Shown: in pieces, positions 1 through 11,919 of the stretch
Numbering within the stretch: the first letter of the stretch is position 1
Layout: the number at the start of each line of letters is the position of its first letter
NCBI RefSeq assembly: GCF_006345805.1
Contig: NC_042998.1
Location: 207,204,001-207,268,000 of the forward strand
DNA from: Octopus sinensis
Lineage: Eukaryota
Reading direction: 5' to 3'
DNA: 64,000 nucleotides
The notes under the pieces: generated by a model
Seen by the model: the letters and a program-made list of their open reading frames with translations, nothing else
Database searches by the model: none
What the model was told of the DNA's origin: nothing
Made by a program: the position numbers and the translations under genes

Positions 1-647
1 GGCATCCAGCTGTAGAAACACTGCCAGATCAGACTGGAGCCTGGTGCAACCTTCTGGCTTCCCAGACCCCGGTCAAACCGTCCAACCCATGCCAGCATGG
101 AAAACGGACGTTAAACGATGATGATGATGATCAAATGGATAATGAGGGTCCGGTGGAGCAAAACAGGAGTAAAAAATATTCATGGTTAATAAAATGGTCA
201 AGGACCATTGGTCTAAAGGAAACAAGCATCTTACTAATGCCAACATTTTTTCCATTCTTTTGAGGTCAAATACCACAAGTATTGAGGAAGTGAGTTGCTA
301 TAACAAGCTGTGAACTGGTGAGTGTCAGTCGTACCGAGTGGCCCGGCTGGTTGTTCAAGTGCCAAGCAGCATCCAACTAAACAAGGCCTATGGACGAGCC
401 TTGCATCTGTAAAAGATGCACAAGAGATAAGAGAGAGAGACAAGCACCCAGTGACATGAAGCTGTCTAAAGCACATCCCCCCACCCCCCTCTCACCTCAA
501 TATTGCGTAGAAATGGTTCTGTTTATAGTTGTATGAAAGCGATTTGATATTGGCAATGTACACAAGCAAACCAATTATCCATTTCTAATTTATTATTTAT
601 TCCTTTAAAATGTCAATCTTTTTCTAGTGCTCTGTTGCTTGGTACAT

Positions 648-945
648 AGTGGAGGCACATGGCCTAGTGGTTAAGGCAGTGGACTCGCGGTCGAGGGATC
701 GCGGGTTCGAATCTCAGACCGGGCGATGTGTGTGTTTATGAGCGAAACACCTTAAGCTCTACGCGGCTCCCGCAGAAGGGAATGGCAAATTTCTGATTTT
801 TTCGCCACAACTTTCTCTCACTCTTTCCTCCTGCATCTAGCAGCTCACATGTGACAGACTGGCATCCTGTCCAGGTGGGGAACCTATACACCAACGAAAC
901 CGGGAAACCGGCCCTTATGAGCCAGGCATGGCTCGAAAAGGAACA
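648..945 (+). mobile_element. tRNA(Arg-like)-headed SINE, family D (second copy ~45440-45690, minus)
   Basis: Head ggaggcacatggcctagtggttaaggcagtggactcgcggtcgagggatcgcgggttcgaatc has Pol III A and B boxes. The body and 3' end (gaaaccggcccttatgagccaggcatggctcg..ggaacaaac) recur inverted at ~45440. Confidence 0.8.
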
Positions 946-1141
946 AACTTTGTATATAATCTCGTCAACCCTGAGCTTAAGTTTCAAGGCCTTCAGTGGA
1001 TGAGAGTTAAAGCTGCTCCTGGATAGGGTGCCAATCTATTTCAGGAAACCTCTCCAGATTATCTGGTCCCTATCTATGGTGTTAAGTGTGCCATGTAAAT
1101 GGTTGACCACAATACCTACTGTAAACTTAACCTCAATATCT

Positions 1142-1374
1142 ATTTCTTTACTACCCACAAGGGGCTAAACACAGAAGGGACAAACAAGGACAGACAAACG
1201 GGATTAAGTCGATTACATCGACCCCAGTGTGTAACTGGTACTTAATTTATCGACCCCGAAAGGACAAAAGGCAAAGTCGACGTCGGCGGAATTTGAACTC
1301 AGAATGTAATGGCAGACGAAATACTGCTAAGCATTTCGCCTGGTGTGCTAACGTGTCTGCCAGCTCACCGCCTT
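1142..1374 (-). mobile_element. tRNA-derived SINE, family F (Nin/Deu-like central domain), with 23-bp TSD
   Basis: Perfect direct repeat ctgtaaacttaacctcaatatct at 1119-1141 and 1375-1397. Other copies at ~23636, 38063, 49910, 51225. Confidence 0.9.
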
Positions 1375-1589
1375 CTGTAAACTTAACCTCAATATCTTTG
1401 ACCAATTCTTTCAAGGTTTACAAGAAGAAAGACACGCATTGCTTCTGTGTATTTTCCCAAGACAACAGAAAAGCTATGGGACCTCTTCTATTGAACTATA
1501 GTACCATCCCAGATGCGATTGTCAAAGCCACCATCATCATCATCACCATTCTTTGTGTTGAGCCCTGCTGCTTCAGCTAAAGAGTTAAC

Positions 1590-1790
1590 ATCAACATGGC
1601 ACGTAAAAAACACTCACTACACTCTCGGAGTGGTTGGCATTAGGAAGGGCGGGCATCCAGCTGTAGAAACTCTGCCAGATCAAGATTGGAGCCTGGTGCA
1701 GCCATCTGGTTTGCCAGTCCTCAGTCAAAATCGTCCAACCCATGCTAGCATGGAAAGCGGACGTTAAACGATGATGATGATGATGATGAT
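1590..1790 (+). mobile_element. Family B repeat: RTE-LINE 3'-UTR-type short retroelement ending in (GAT)n
   Basis: ggcatccagctgtagaaac...ggaaagcggacgttaaacgatgatgatg. More than 15 copies in the window; the same sequence ends the RTE LINE fragments at 13898 and 46465. Confidence 0.85.
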
Positions 1791-1998
1791 TAAGAACCCT
1801 TCAGAGAGACACCCTAGTTCTGTTTCTCTTTATGAATGTTGGGAATAATATCCTTAAGCAAGGTCTTTTGTCCACCATTCACAATAAAGGCCTCATCATT
1901 AAGCAGAAGCAATCAAGACATCAGCAGATCCTGTATCTCTCTCTGATCTTGATTATATTGAGGCTGTTGTACTCACAACTCATCAACTAAGTCTTATA

Positions 1999-2559
1999 CA
2001 GGGTGGACCAAAATGATCTGACACATTTGGAGGCTTAATAAAAGCACAAAATAAGAAATAATGAAAGGAAAAATTTTATTTTCTGAATGTACATATAATG
2101 CCATTTTATTTGATTAAGTTTTAAAAATTAAATCAGCTAAATGCCTCCCATCATTGTCAACACACTGTTGGAGACGTTCATGAAAGTTATCGATAACTCT
2201 TTGGATCATTTCTTCTGGAATGGTTGCTATTTCTACAGAAATTGCACATTTTAATTCATCAATAGATCGAGGATGATGACTGAATACTTTTGATTTTAAA
2301 TATCCCCACAAGAAGAAATCACAAGAAGAAATCACATTCCAGAAGAAATGATCCATAGAGTTATCGATAACTTTCAGGAACGTCTCAAAACAGTGTGTTG
2401 ACAATGATGGGAAGCATTTAGCTGATTAAATTTTAAAAACTTAATGAAATAAAATGGCATTATAGGTAGATTCAGAAAATGAAATTTTTCTTTTCATTAT
2501 TTCTTATTTTGTGCCTTTATTAAGCCTCCAAATGTGTCAGATCATTTTGGTCCACCGTG
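1999..2559 (-). mobile_element. Non-autonomous Tc1/mariner foldback element with transposase C-terminus
   Basis: TA at 1997-98 and 2560-61; termini cagggtggacc/ggtccaccgtg; ~220-bp inverted arms; minus-strand peptide CDFFLWGYLKSKVF...RLQQCVDNDGRHL. Confidence 0.9.
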
Positions 2560-2832
2560 TACAAGACTCGTTAACATCCTGTGAGAATGCTGCAGCTAAA
2601 ATTGGTCCATTTCAAACTGCAAAGGAGAACGAACACACGACCAATGAAAGGGAATGTCCCCCGTTAATTTGTTTTATTGATGGAATACAACACGAGGGGG
2701 GGGGGTGACTTCAAGTACCGGGTGACAGTAAGAAACACTTCCAGACATGCAAGCGATTAGCCTGGAGTGTCTGTAACAACCTTCATAACATCTGGCAAAT
2801 TAGGTACTTTAAAGTCAACAAGATTGGTTTCT

Positions 2833-3032
2833 CAGGCATGGCTATAGGCACAGGCATGGCTATAGGCACAGGCATGGCTATAGGCACAGGCGTGGGTATA
2901 GGCACAGGCGTGGCTATAGTCACAGGCATGGCTATAGGCACAGGTGTGGCTATAGGCACAGGCATGGCTATAGGCACAGGCATGGCTATAGGCACAGGCA
3001 TGGCTATAGGCACAGGCATGGCTATAGGCACA
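2833..3032. repeat. 18-bp minisatellite, ~11 copies
   Basis: Unit caggcatggctataggca read directly; explains the MAIGTG/VPIAMP ORFs. Confidence 0.95.
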
Positions 3033-3656
3033 TATACTGTATAGCTTAGAAGTTTGTTTCCCAAACATGTGGCTTTGAGTTCCGTTCCACTTGATAACAT
3101 CTTGGGTGCATGGCCAAGAAGTTAGGGTATTCAGCTCACAATTGTAGGGTCATGGGTTCAATTCTCAGCAGTGCATTGTGTCCTTGAGAAGACACTTCAT
3201 TTCACGTTGCTCCAGTCCAGTCCACTCACCTTACAAAAATGAGTTGTACCTGTATTTCAAAGGTCCAGCCTTGTCACACTTTGTGTCATGCTGAATCTCC
3301 CCTCAGAACTACGTTAAGGGTACACATGTCTGTGGAGTACTCAGCCACTTGCATGTTAATTTCATGAGTAAGCTGTTCTGGAACACTCATCATCATAGCC
3401 AATGGTGTGCCAGTTTTCCTTTATAACCCTGGGCTGACCAAAGCCTTCTAAATGAATTTGATAGACAGAAACTGAAGAAGCCTCAAGACATCATCATCGT
3501 TTAACATCCGCTTTCCATGCTAGCATGGGTTGGACGGTTCGACCGGGGATCTGGGAAGCCCGAAGGCTGCACCAGGCCAGTCAGATCTGGCAGTGTTTCT
3601 ACAGCTGGATTCACTTCCTAACGCCAACCACTCCGAGAGTGTAGTGGGTGTTTTTT

Positions 3657-4225
3657 ATGTGCCACCAACACAGGTGCCAGACGAGGCTGGCGAACGGCCA
3701 CGCTCGGATGGTGTTTTTTTATGTGCCACCGACACAGGTGTCAGACGAGGCTGGCGAACGGCCACGCTCGGATGGTGTTTTTTTATGTGCCACCGACACA
3801 GGTGTCAGACGAGGCTGGCGAACGGCCACGCTCGGATGGTGTTTTTTTATGTGCCACCGACACAGGTGTCAGACGAGGCTGGCGAACGGCCACGCTCGGA
3901 TGGTGTTTTTTTATGTGCCACCGACACAGGTGTCAGACGAGGCTGGCGAACGGCCACGCTCGGATGGTGTTTTTTTATGTGCCACCGACACAGGTGTCAG
4001 ACGAGGCTGGCGAACGGCCACGCTCGGATGGTGTTTTTTTATGTGCCACCGACACAGGTGTCAGACGAGGCTGGCGAACGGCCACGCTCGGATGGTGTTT
4101 TTTTATGTGCCACCGACACAGGTGTCAGACGAGGCTGGCGAACGGCCACGCTCGGATGGTGTTTTTTTATGTGCCACCGACACAGGTGTCAGACGAGGCT
4201 GGCGAACGGCCACGCTCGGATGGTG
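3657..4225. repeat. 64-bp tandem array (9 units) inside a minus-strand family B element starting ~3490
   Basis: Units start at 3657, 3721, 3785, 3849, 3913, 3977, 4041, 4105, 4169. Units 2-9 are identical (last one truncated); unit 1 differs at two sites. Confidence 0.95.
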
Positions 4226-6232
4226 ATGAAAGTTCTAAATGAGTTTCACAGCGAGTAAAATTCTTATCATGCTTGCAAACAGTTGAGCGTTGGTGACAGG
4301 AAGGGCATCCAACCATAGTAGAATCTGTCTTAATGAACTCTGTCTGACCCATACAAAAGTGGACATCAGAATGATGATGATGATGACAATTATGCTGAAT
4401 CAGTAATAAGCTACATAAGCAAGTCCTTCGACTCTAATTATGGAAATAGGACAAAATATAAAATTTATATGTATTTTAGGGGTTGGCATTAGGAAGGGCA
4501 TCTGACCGTACAAACCATGCCAAACCAGACTAAAGTCTGGTGCAGCCGCCTTCCAGCTTGCCAACCCTGGTCAAACCGTCCAGCCCATGTCAGTATGGAC
4601 AATGGACATTAAATGATGATGATGCATTTTAATTCATTTTAAAGAAACTGTTGTAATTTGTTATTTACCCCAAGGTAACCCCACTCCAGAAGAAACTCTG
4701 TGTGATCCCTTTTCTTTTGGTGCCCTAAATATATATGCTTACACTGTGTAATGGCACACTTAAGCCATTGTTATGTGTTGTTGTCTTCAGCATAATCCTG
4801 TCCAGTTTGACTTAATCCATAGATTAGTTCAAACAGTAGTATTAACAGATTATTGGGTGTTATGTACCATTACTCGGGTCCACTCTGTTACAACCATTTA
4901 GAGCAGGCCTTGGTTTAGGGGTAACTCAATATTTTGTTATGCTGTTTGTCCATATAGAGGCTGCCCCTACTCATCTAAAAATAAAGGCAAAGTTAAAAAT
5001 CTGAGAATCCTGCTATGTTACAACACACCTCCACCGTCATAGGCCAAGTTCACAGCTGAGATAAGGGGTAGGAGTTTAAAACTGGGGTCGGCTGCTATGT
5101 TAAAGCATTCCCCCATCATCACAGTCCAGGTTCACAGCAGAGATAAGAGGAGAGAGTGAGAGAGAGAGAGTTTAAAATTGGAGACCCCTGCTATGTTGTG
5201 AGCGTGCCTCTACCATCGTAGTCTACTTCATAAGAGAAAATATGAAGTTATAGTTTAAATCTGGGACCCCTATCATGTTGCAACATTCTTCCATCGTAAC
5301 AGTCCGCTTTAAAATTTAAAACCAGGCTCCCTTTTTAGCTCTGAATTTCCCATATCACAGACGGTAATATGTAAAAACTCCTGCATAGTTCCTTAGTTTG
5401 GCTTCAATGTTCTTTCTTCGACTAAGACATCCTGCTTGCCATAACTAACACAAATCGCCTTTGCTGGACCCAAGCTGAGGATGGTATTGCAAGGGGCAGC
5501 AAACTCGATTATTATCCAAACAATATTTTAGACTCGACATCATCTGCAGTTGCGACAGAGGGAAGAACCGAACCTGCAATACGACATTTGCATACGAGTG
5601 GCAGTTGCGGATAAGTTATGATAAAAACAATATACTTAGAAAGAAAGACAAATCCAAACTGTATGGAGCTGTGGGAGAAAAAAGGGGATTCAATAACATT
5701 CGTTTCGAGTTTATTTGTTTTGGTCGACCAAATAAATTTAAACACTATAACAAGCTTTTCTCAGAGGCCCCCGTTGCTAGGAAACCAATGCGATGTGTGT
5801 GTGTGTGTGCGGTGGTGAATATGTCAATGAACGGACATCGTTTTTAATCAGGTGTGATATTTAAAACTCTCTACAAACGTTGGCGGTGGTCGCAGGAGAA
5901 AAGCGCGTGGGTGGACAGAACGATGGGCGTTATCGGAGAGAGGAAGAATAAATGGACAGCGACAGATAGCAACAAGGAATGAAAGAGGAAGGAAAGAAGC
6001 AGCTCGTCCAAACACACACATGGAACCCGAAAAGATTAGCAGCCACAGACTGATATCTGTTGGAGTTGGAGTCGCGAGAAAATGTCATCTTACGAAAACA
6101 AACCTGTTTCACATAGCGACAGGACAATTCACTATCATCATCATCAGCATTATTATTATTATTATTATTAATTATTATTATTATATTATTATTATTATTA
6201 TTATTAAGCCGTCAACATTATCATTTTCAGCA

Positions 6233-6261
<29 letters not shown>

Positions 6262-6264
<3 letters not shown>

Positions 6265-6590
6265 GTATGAACGGACCAATTCTGAGGAGGATACACCTGG
6301 GGGAAAATTAAAAGGTAATATAAAAGGAGAAGGGGGCTCTCTACCCCGCCCCCTTTTGACCAGGCTCCCGTGGCTTTTATGGGTTTTCCCACGAGTAACC
6401 TTTCGAAGCGCCTCCCCCCCTCTATTGGGAGTTTTCGCTTGTTATATTTTCGTTGTTGCATTTTTACACGGACTTTTCACACGGAGACAAAAGACCCTTT
6501 TTGTAACTTTCGTCCTGTATTTGTCCTTAAATGTTTTATTTGATTTTTGTTAGCCCTTGTGGCCAATAAACGAATTAATTATTATTATTA
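6262..6590 (+). mobile_element. Probable 5'-truncated non-LTR retrotransposon 3' end (Tx1/L1-like?) between (ATT)n tracts
   Basis: Ends gcccttgtggccaataaacgaattaatt(att)n and is flanked by ATT microsatellites; clade assignment is tentative. Confidence 0.4.
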
Positions 6591-7658
6591 TTATTAGCAG
6601 CAGCAGCAGTACATACAAGCACACACGTAAATGTTAAGGACTTGGTCGCTATTTCCACCCAGTGTTGTTATTTACAAATTCTACAACACCCGTGTTTGTT
6701 TGTGTGACTGTGTGCATGCGTGCATGTATGTATGTGTGTGTGTGCGTGTGGATGTATGTATACATGTATGTATTATGTATGTATGTATGTATGTGTGTGT
6801 CTATGTATGTATGTGTGTGCGTGTGGATGTATGTATACATGTATGTATTATGTATGTATATATGTATGTGTGTATGTATGTATGTGTGTGTGTGTGGATG
6901 TATGTATATGCATGTATACATGTATGTATTATGTATGTATGTGTCTATGTATGTATATATGTATGTATGTATGGTCACTTTCGAGTTGATTTTTGTTCTA
7001 CTTTGTTGAGCTCTTTGCAAAACTCTTTGCACGAATAAATATTTGCATTATTATTATATCAACGAAATAATTATCCCTTTCAATTACACACACACACACA
7101 CACACACACACGCAATCCTACGTAAATGTTATGTGGGTAGAATCGTTTTAATACATTATCGATTCCTCCCCTCCACCTCTTCGATACGAAATCAGTCAGC
7201 TGCTGGCTGACAAACGATTAACCAACGGAACCAATCCATATTTATACATCTTAGATGCATTAAAACAAACACTAAATTCTCTCCGTGTTACTTCAACTTT
7301 TACCTTTCATTTCTCAGGAGTGAATAAAAAATAAATTACCAATAAAATAGCCAGCCACTCCTCTAAAAAATAAAAATAAAAGTCTCGCCTCCTAAAGAAA
7401 CATTATTAGCACCACCGTTTCTATAGATATATACGTATGGATTAGCAGAGTAAATATTGCGCAAAGTGGAATGCCAAAGCAGGTACTATCCCACGCATGT
7501 ACCACACACAGACATATATATTTCAAACCAAAGTCAACTATATATATATATATAGTCCTTAACATTTATGTATTAACCTTGTTGGGTACTTCACTAGCAG
7601 TATATTCGATATACGTTATCCCATGGAGGGTTGCATTTACAACCCCTATCTCAATTTG

Positions 7659-7693
<35 letters not shown>

Positions 7694-8137
7694 ATTCACA
7701 CACACACAGACTTGTGTATATATATATATATATATATATTCACACACACACACAGACTTAGAAGTTTTTGACGCCAGATTCGAGGAAGCGCAGGCGTTTT
7801 GTCCAAACCATTCAAATATATTTTCGTTTTCAAGTTCTTGCATTCACCTACAGACTTTATATGAAAATAATCATTAAATTATTCAATAGTTTCGTCAATG
7901 CAAACCATATTTCTTAACAGTTTGAATGCGTAATCAACTTCCAGTGCATGTTGCGAAGATTACGGTGTAATTAAGGTGTAAATTCACCTGAGAGCCTCGG
8001 TGGTATACCTGCTTCGTAACCACCTCTGCTGCTAAACCGATATTATTTATTACATGAGGGTGAGAGGGAGCAATGGTGTTAGGTTCTTTAAAAATAGTTT
8101 TTAATTAGTCATTTACAAAAATATAAACCGAACTCAC

Positions 8138-8605
8138 CTTGCAGTCTATATCTTCGAAAATGGCAGTGTCTAACCCTGTAACGATGAGAGCTTTGGGCAG
8201 GGATGCTGTCACGTCCCCATCGGTTTCATCTTCCACGCCATCATCGATACCGTCATCATCACCTAGATCGATATGGTGAGGTTGGTGATTGTTGTGGTGG
8301 TGGTCATCGTGGAGCGACTGGACTCCGCCGTTCCTTTCGGCACTACAACAGGCAGCAGCAGCATTGGTTGCTGTGGAATTATTATGGCTCGTCATGATGT
8401 TACCGTTGTTGTTCATCGGGTGGTGATGATGATGTTGGTGGTGGTGGTGGTGTTCAGTAATCCCTGTAGGGCTGCCATTCGTGAGAGTCTGTTGTGTATT
8501 TTGATTCATTCCACCTCCACCGCCACCGCCGCCGCCGCCTCCTCCTCCTCCTACGCCGTGACCACCACCGCCGACGACACCAAGAGATTCCTCGTTGTCA
8601 GCCAT
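8138..8605 (-). CDS. RCAN: Calcipressin / regulator of calcineurin, coding exon 1 (156 codons)
   Basis: MADNEE...LPKALIVTGLDTAIFEDIDCK matches the RCAN/Sarah RRM start (Drosophila LPTSIIVTNIHSEVF-type). It is followed by the donor AAG|GTGAGT at 8137. No downstream exons were found in 1-8137. Confidence 0.85.
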
Positions 8606-11600
8606 ATTCAGTGAATTTCTCCTCGCTTCTTCACAGCTTTTGATACACATCCTTATCGGAAGATTCTTCCTTTAATTCTTTTCCTCCTTCGCAACGTTCT
8701 CAATTATCCAACCGTTCACCGAATATTTCTTGCCTCAAATATTCCAATATTATTTCCTCGTTGTCCTAAAATATTCCAGGCTTTTAATGCTTCGTCGATT
8801 TCCTTTTTTCTTCTTTCTTATTTCCTTCTACCCTTTCTTTTAACGACACTCAACTCTTCTCTCTCTCCTTCACTCCTACTTAATTACCCTTTTACTCTTT
8901 CACTCTCGCCCTCCTTACAACTCTCTCTCTCTCTTTCACCCTCCCTATAACGTTGTTTTCTTCTTTCTCTCTCTCTCTCTCCTTCAAATCCACTCGTCTT
9001 TCCCCCTCTCTCTGTATCTATCACTTCCTCTTGTCCTTCCTCACTCTCTCTCTCTCCAAAGGCAACCAAATGTTGCCAAGGTTGGTCAAAGTATTGAGTC
9101 CGTTTCTCTTCCAGTCTCTGCTATTTCTTGGTCAGTGTGGCTCAACCTGGCGATGTCGATTCTTACCAATCATAATAAATGCACCGTTTATCAGGAAATT
9201 TGTAGTTAAGTGTCGAGAAAAGAAGCAGAAAATCCAGATGTTTCGTTTCGTAATCCTTGATCTAAGGACAAAATCCGTCTCAAATGACAATTAAGGACAA
9301 AATGGCAAAAATTTAGAAGAGTACCAAAAGCAGTAATAAATAGTTTACGGCAATATAAAATAATCTGTCAATATATATAAAATCAAATTATGTCGACGTG
9401 GCGTTCAAGTGCTCCAAAGAGTGAATTAAATATATCATACTATACTAGATGAAGTTTGACTTTAGCTACCCGTTCTTCCCGCAGTTGTTTGTCAATGTTG
9501 ATGCTTCGTCTGGGCTCTGTTAATGTTAAATGGAAAGTTCTGGTTAGGTCGATGACTTCTTCATGTCTGGGGAAAATAACATCTCGACATCGATCAGAAT
9601 ACAGCTCCACTCGCTAATTTGTTCTGTATTATCTTTACAGTGCGTTAGTTGTGATGTTGTGGCTGCTTAGTTAGACCTGAGATTAGGCAGATTTAACAAA
9701 ACACAGCTTCTTTATACTCGGTCAGAAAAGGATTTCCTATGTAACCTTGAGTCGGATTAACACATCCATATACATACATTTTATATATATATATATATAT
9801 ATAAATATATATAAATAGTAACAGTTTAGTCAAATTCAGATGACTTAATGTTTCGTGGGTGCGTTGGACATGTCTGTCTCACCAGATATTAGGAAGGATA
9901 TATGTAGGCAGTTGGCGGATATTGTTGGTGTTTACAAATGAGGCCAAGTATTCAATACGTGGAACAGTGTGTTCATTACGTTTAGAGCTAAAACTTTTAA
10001 TTCTCACTATGACGTAATCAATTATATAATTATTATTCAGACTTAATCATATAACTGATGATGAATCCCTCCGGAGAGCCGCTTACTTAATACATATCCA
10101 TTTATACAATATGATAAATAGGAAAACTACTTCAATTAATGAGGGTTATCTATGTAATTGGTATACAAGAACTCCCTTTAGATGAGGGGTCGACAAACTT
10201 CTTATATTCTTGACCCCTTCAGGGAATCGTTGTTAACTTATCAAGCCCCGAAATAAAAAGTATGATCAACAAAAATTATATCTAAAGAAATTTAATGAAA
10301 ATACAGAAATTCAATGATTGTTTTCGTGAATTAAATGTTGTGGTGAAAACTATTTATTGATATTTGGTACGAAATTAGTGCATTTAGCTTTAAATTATTG
10401 CACTTTCTTGCATTAAGTTCGCTAATGATTCAGCGCCCTTAATGCTCAAGATCGTTTCAAGTGTTTATCAACTCCTCGAATAGTTACAAAACCATTCCTG
10501 GAGATCAATATCGATCACTTTGGTGATCCTTGCCCGAAAGGATTCGAAATTTAAAAAGCAATAAAAGAAGGGAGATAACTGTTATAAGACACGAAAGTTT
10601 TCCTTTTTAAACTTTTATTTTGAAAATAAACCAAAAATTGAAAAAAAAAAAAAAATAATAAATAAAGACGATGTAGATGGGGATGGATCTGGTCTTTAAC
10701 GCTAACTGGTGAAAGGGACAGGCATGTTTCAATCTTATTAAACCTCTTCAGTCAACACATTCAAAGATTCCATTTCTCTGTTTTGGTATGACTTCTACAA
10801 CTGGATGCCCGTAGTAAATGCTAACCAATTCACAGAGTGTACTGGGTGCTTATAACGTGGCACCAGCATGGGCACTTTTATGTGACACAGGCGCAGATAC
10901 TGTTACGCAGCAACGACATGGGTGCACTTACATGGCACCAGCATCCGCGAGCCCACAAAACTGGGATCTTTTGCCTGAGAGACGGATGTAGAAAACATGT
11001 CTGTGTTCATGGGTGGCCACGATTTTACCTTGATCGATATGTCTCCTAAAGTACAACAAATTGCCAGAAGTCTTGGTCCCTTATCATCTCCTCTGTGTGA
11101 CATTATTCATCATCATCATCATCATCGTTTAACGTCCGCTTTCCATGCTAGCATGGGTTGGACGATTTGACTGAGGTCTGGCGAACCAGATGGCTGCACC
11201 AGGCTCCAATCTTGATCTGGCAGAGATTCTACGACTGGATGACCTTCTTAACGCCAACCACTCCGAGAGTGTAGTGGGTGCTTTTTACATGCCACCGGCT
11301 AGTGACAAAAGCAGTATTAGTTCAGAATAGCATACTGTATGTCTTGCTTAATGTAGATATATTGTAAGAGAGTCACAAAACTGCAAGATACATTTTGAGA
11401 AAGCTTGTCATATAGACTTGCAACACTAGTTTGCCACTGTTTTATGAAGTGAGTTAATGACCAGCTGTAGTGTGTACGCATGTACACTAAATGTGTATGT
11501 GTGTATGTTTAGTGACATATAAGCAGGTTTGTTCGAATGAGGCATGGGAAAAAATAAACAACTTTTATCTCCACGGCTTTGAAGCTGACAGCAGTTGGCC

Positions 11601-11919
11601 AATGGAAGGTGTCATGGTATGTCTGTCTGTCTATCTATCTATCTATCTTACATACATACTTACACACACACACATAGTGAGTAAGAGAAAGAGGAGGAGA
11701 GAAAGTTGTTTGTTTACTGTTGATGATGATTTCAACTTCAAAGCTTTTAAGCTGTATTAGTTGGTCTATATAGATGGTGATTACTTTGATCATCAAGAAT
11801 TATTAAATGTGCACGCACATATATAAGTATATACACAATATGGGTATGTGTGTGTGTGTATATAAAATATAGACATGCATATATAATTGTATCTGTATAT
11901 AATATACATTATATATAAA

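Noticed and set aside
651-725. tRNA-Arg-like genes (also 17645, 63347, 56214)
   Set aside because: Acceptor and anticodon stems are imperfect and each continues into a repeated SINE body, so these are SINE heads.
2783-3100. MAIGTG/VPIAMP repeat proteins resembling antifreeze or structural proteins
   Set aside because: Translation of an 18-bp minisatellite open in several frames on both strands.
3657-4225. CRISPR-like appearance of the regular array
   Set aside because: There are no unique spacers, the units are contiguous, the context is eukaryotic and no cas genes are present.
3530-4258. Three overlapping repetitive ORFs
   Set aside because: A 64-bp unit without stops cycles through all frames; the sequence is retroelement-derived.
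6631-7038. CVCVYM/HTHTYI-type ORFs here and throughout
   Set aside because: Translations of (TG)n/(TA)n/(TATG)n microsatellites.
8105-8137. ORF-track extension VSSVYIFVND of the RCAN ORF
   Set aside because: Read-through past the GTGAGT donor into the intron.
10185-10540. Possible hAT/Charlie transposase remnant
   Set aside because: Only a terminus-like motif and a weak, stop-ridden peptide resemblance; not supportable by eye.
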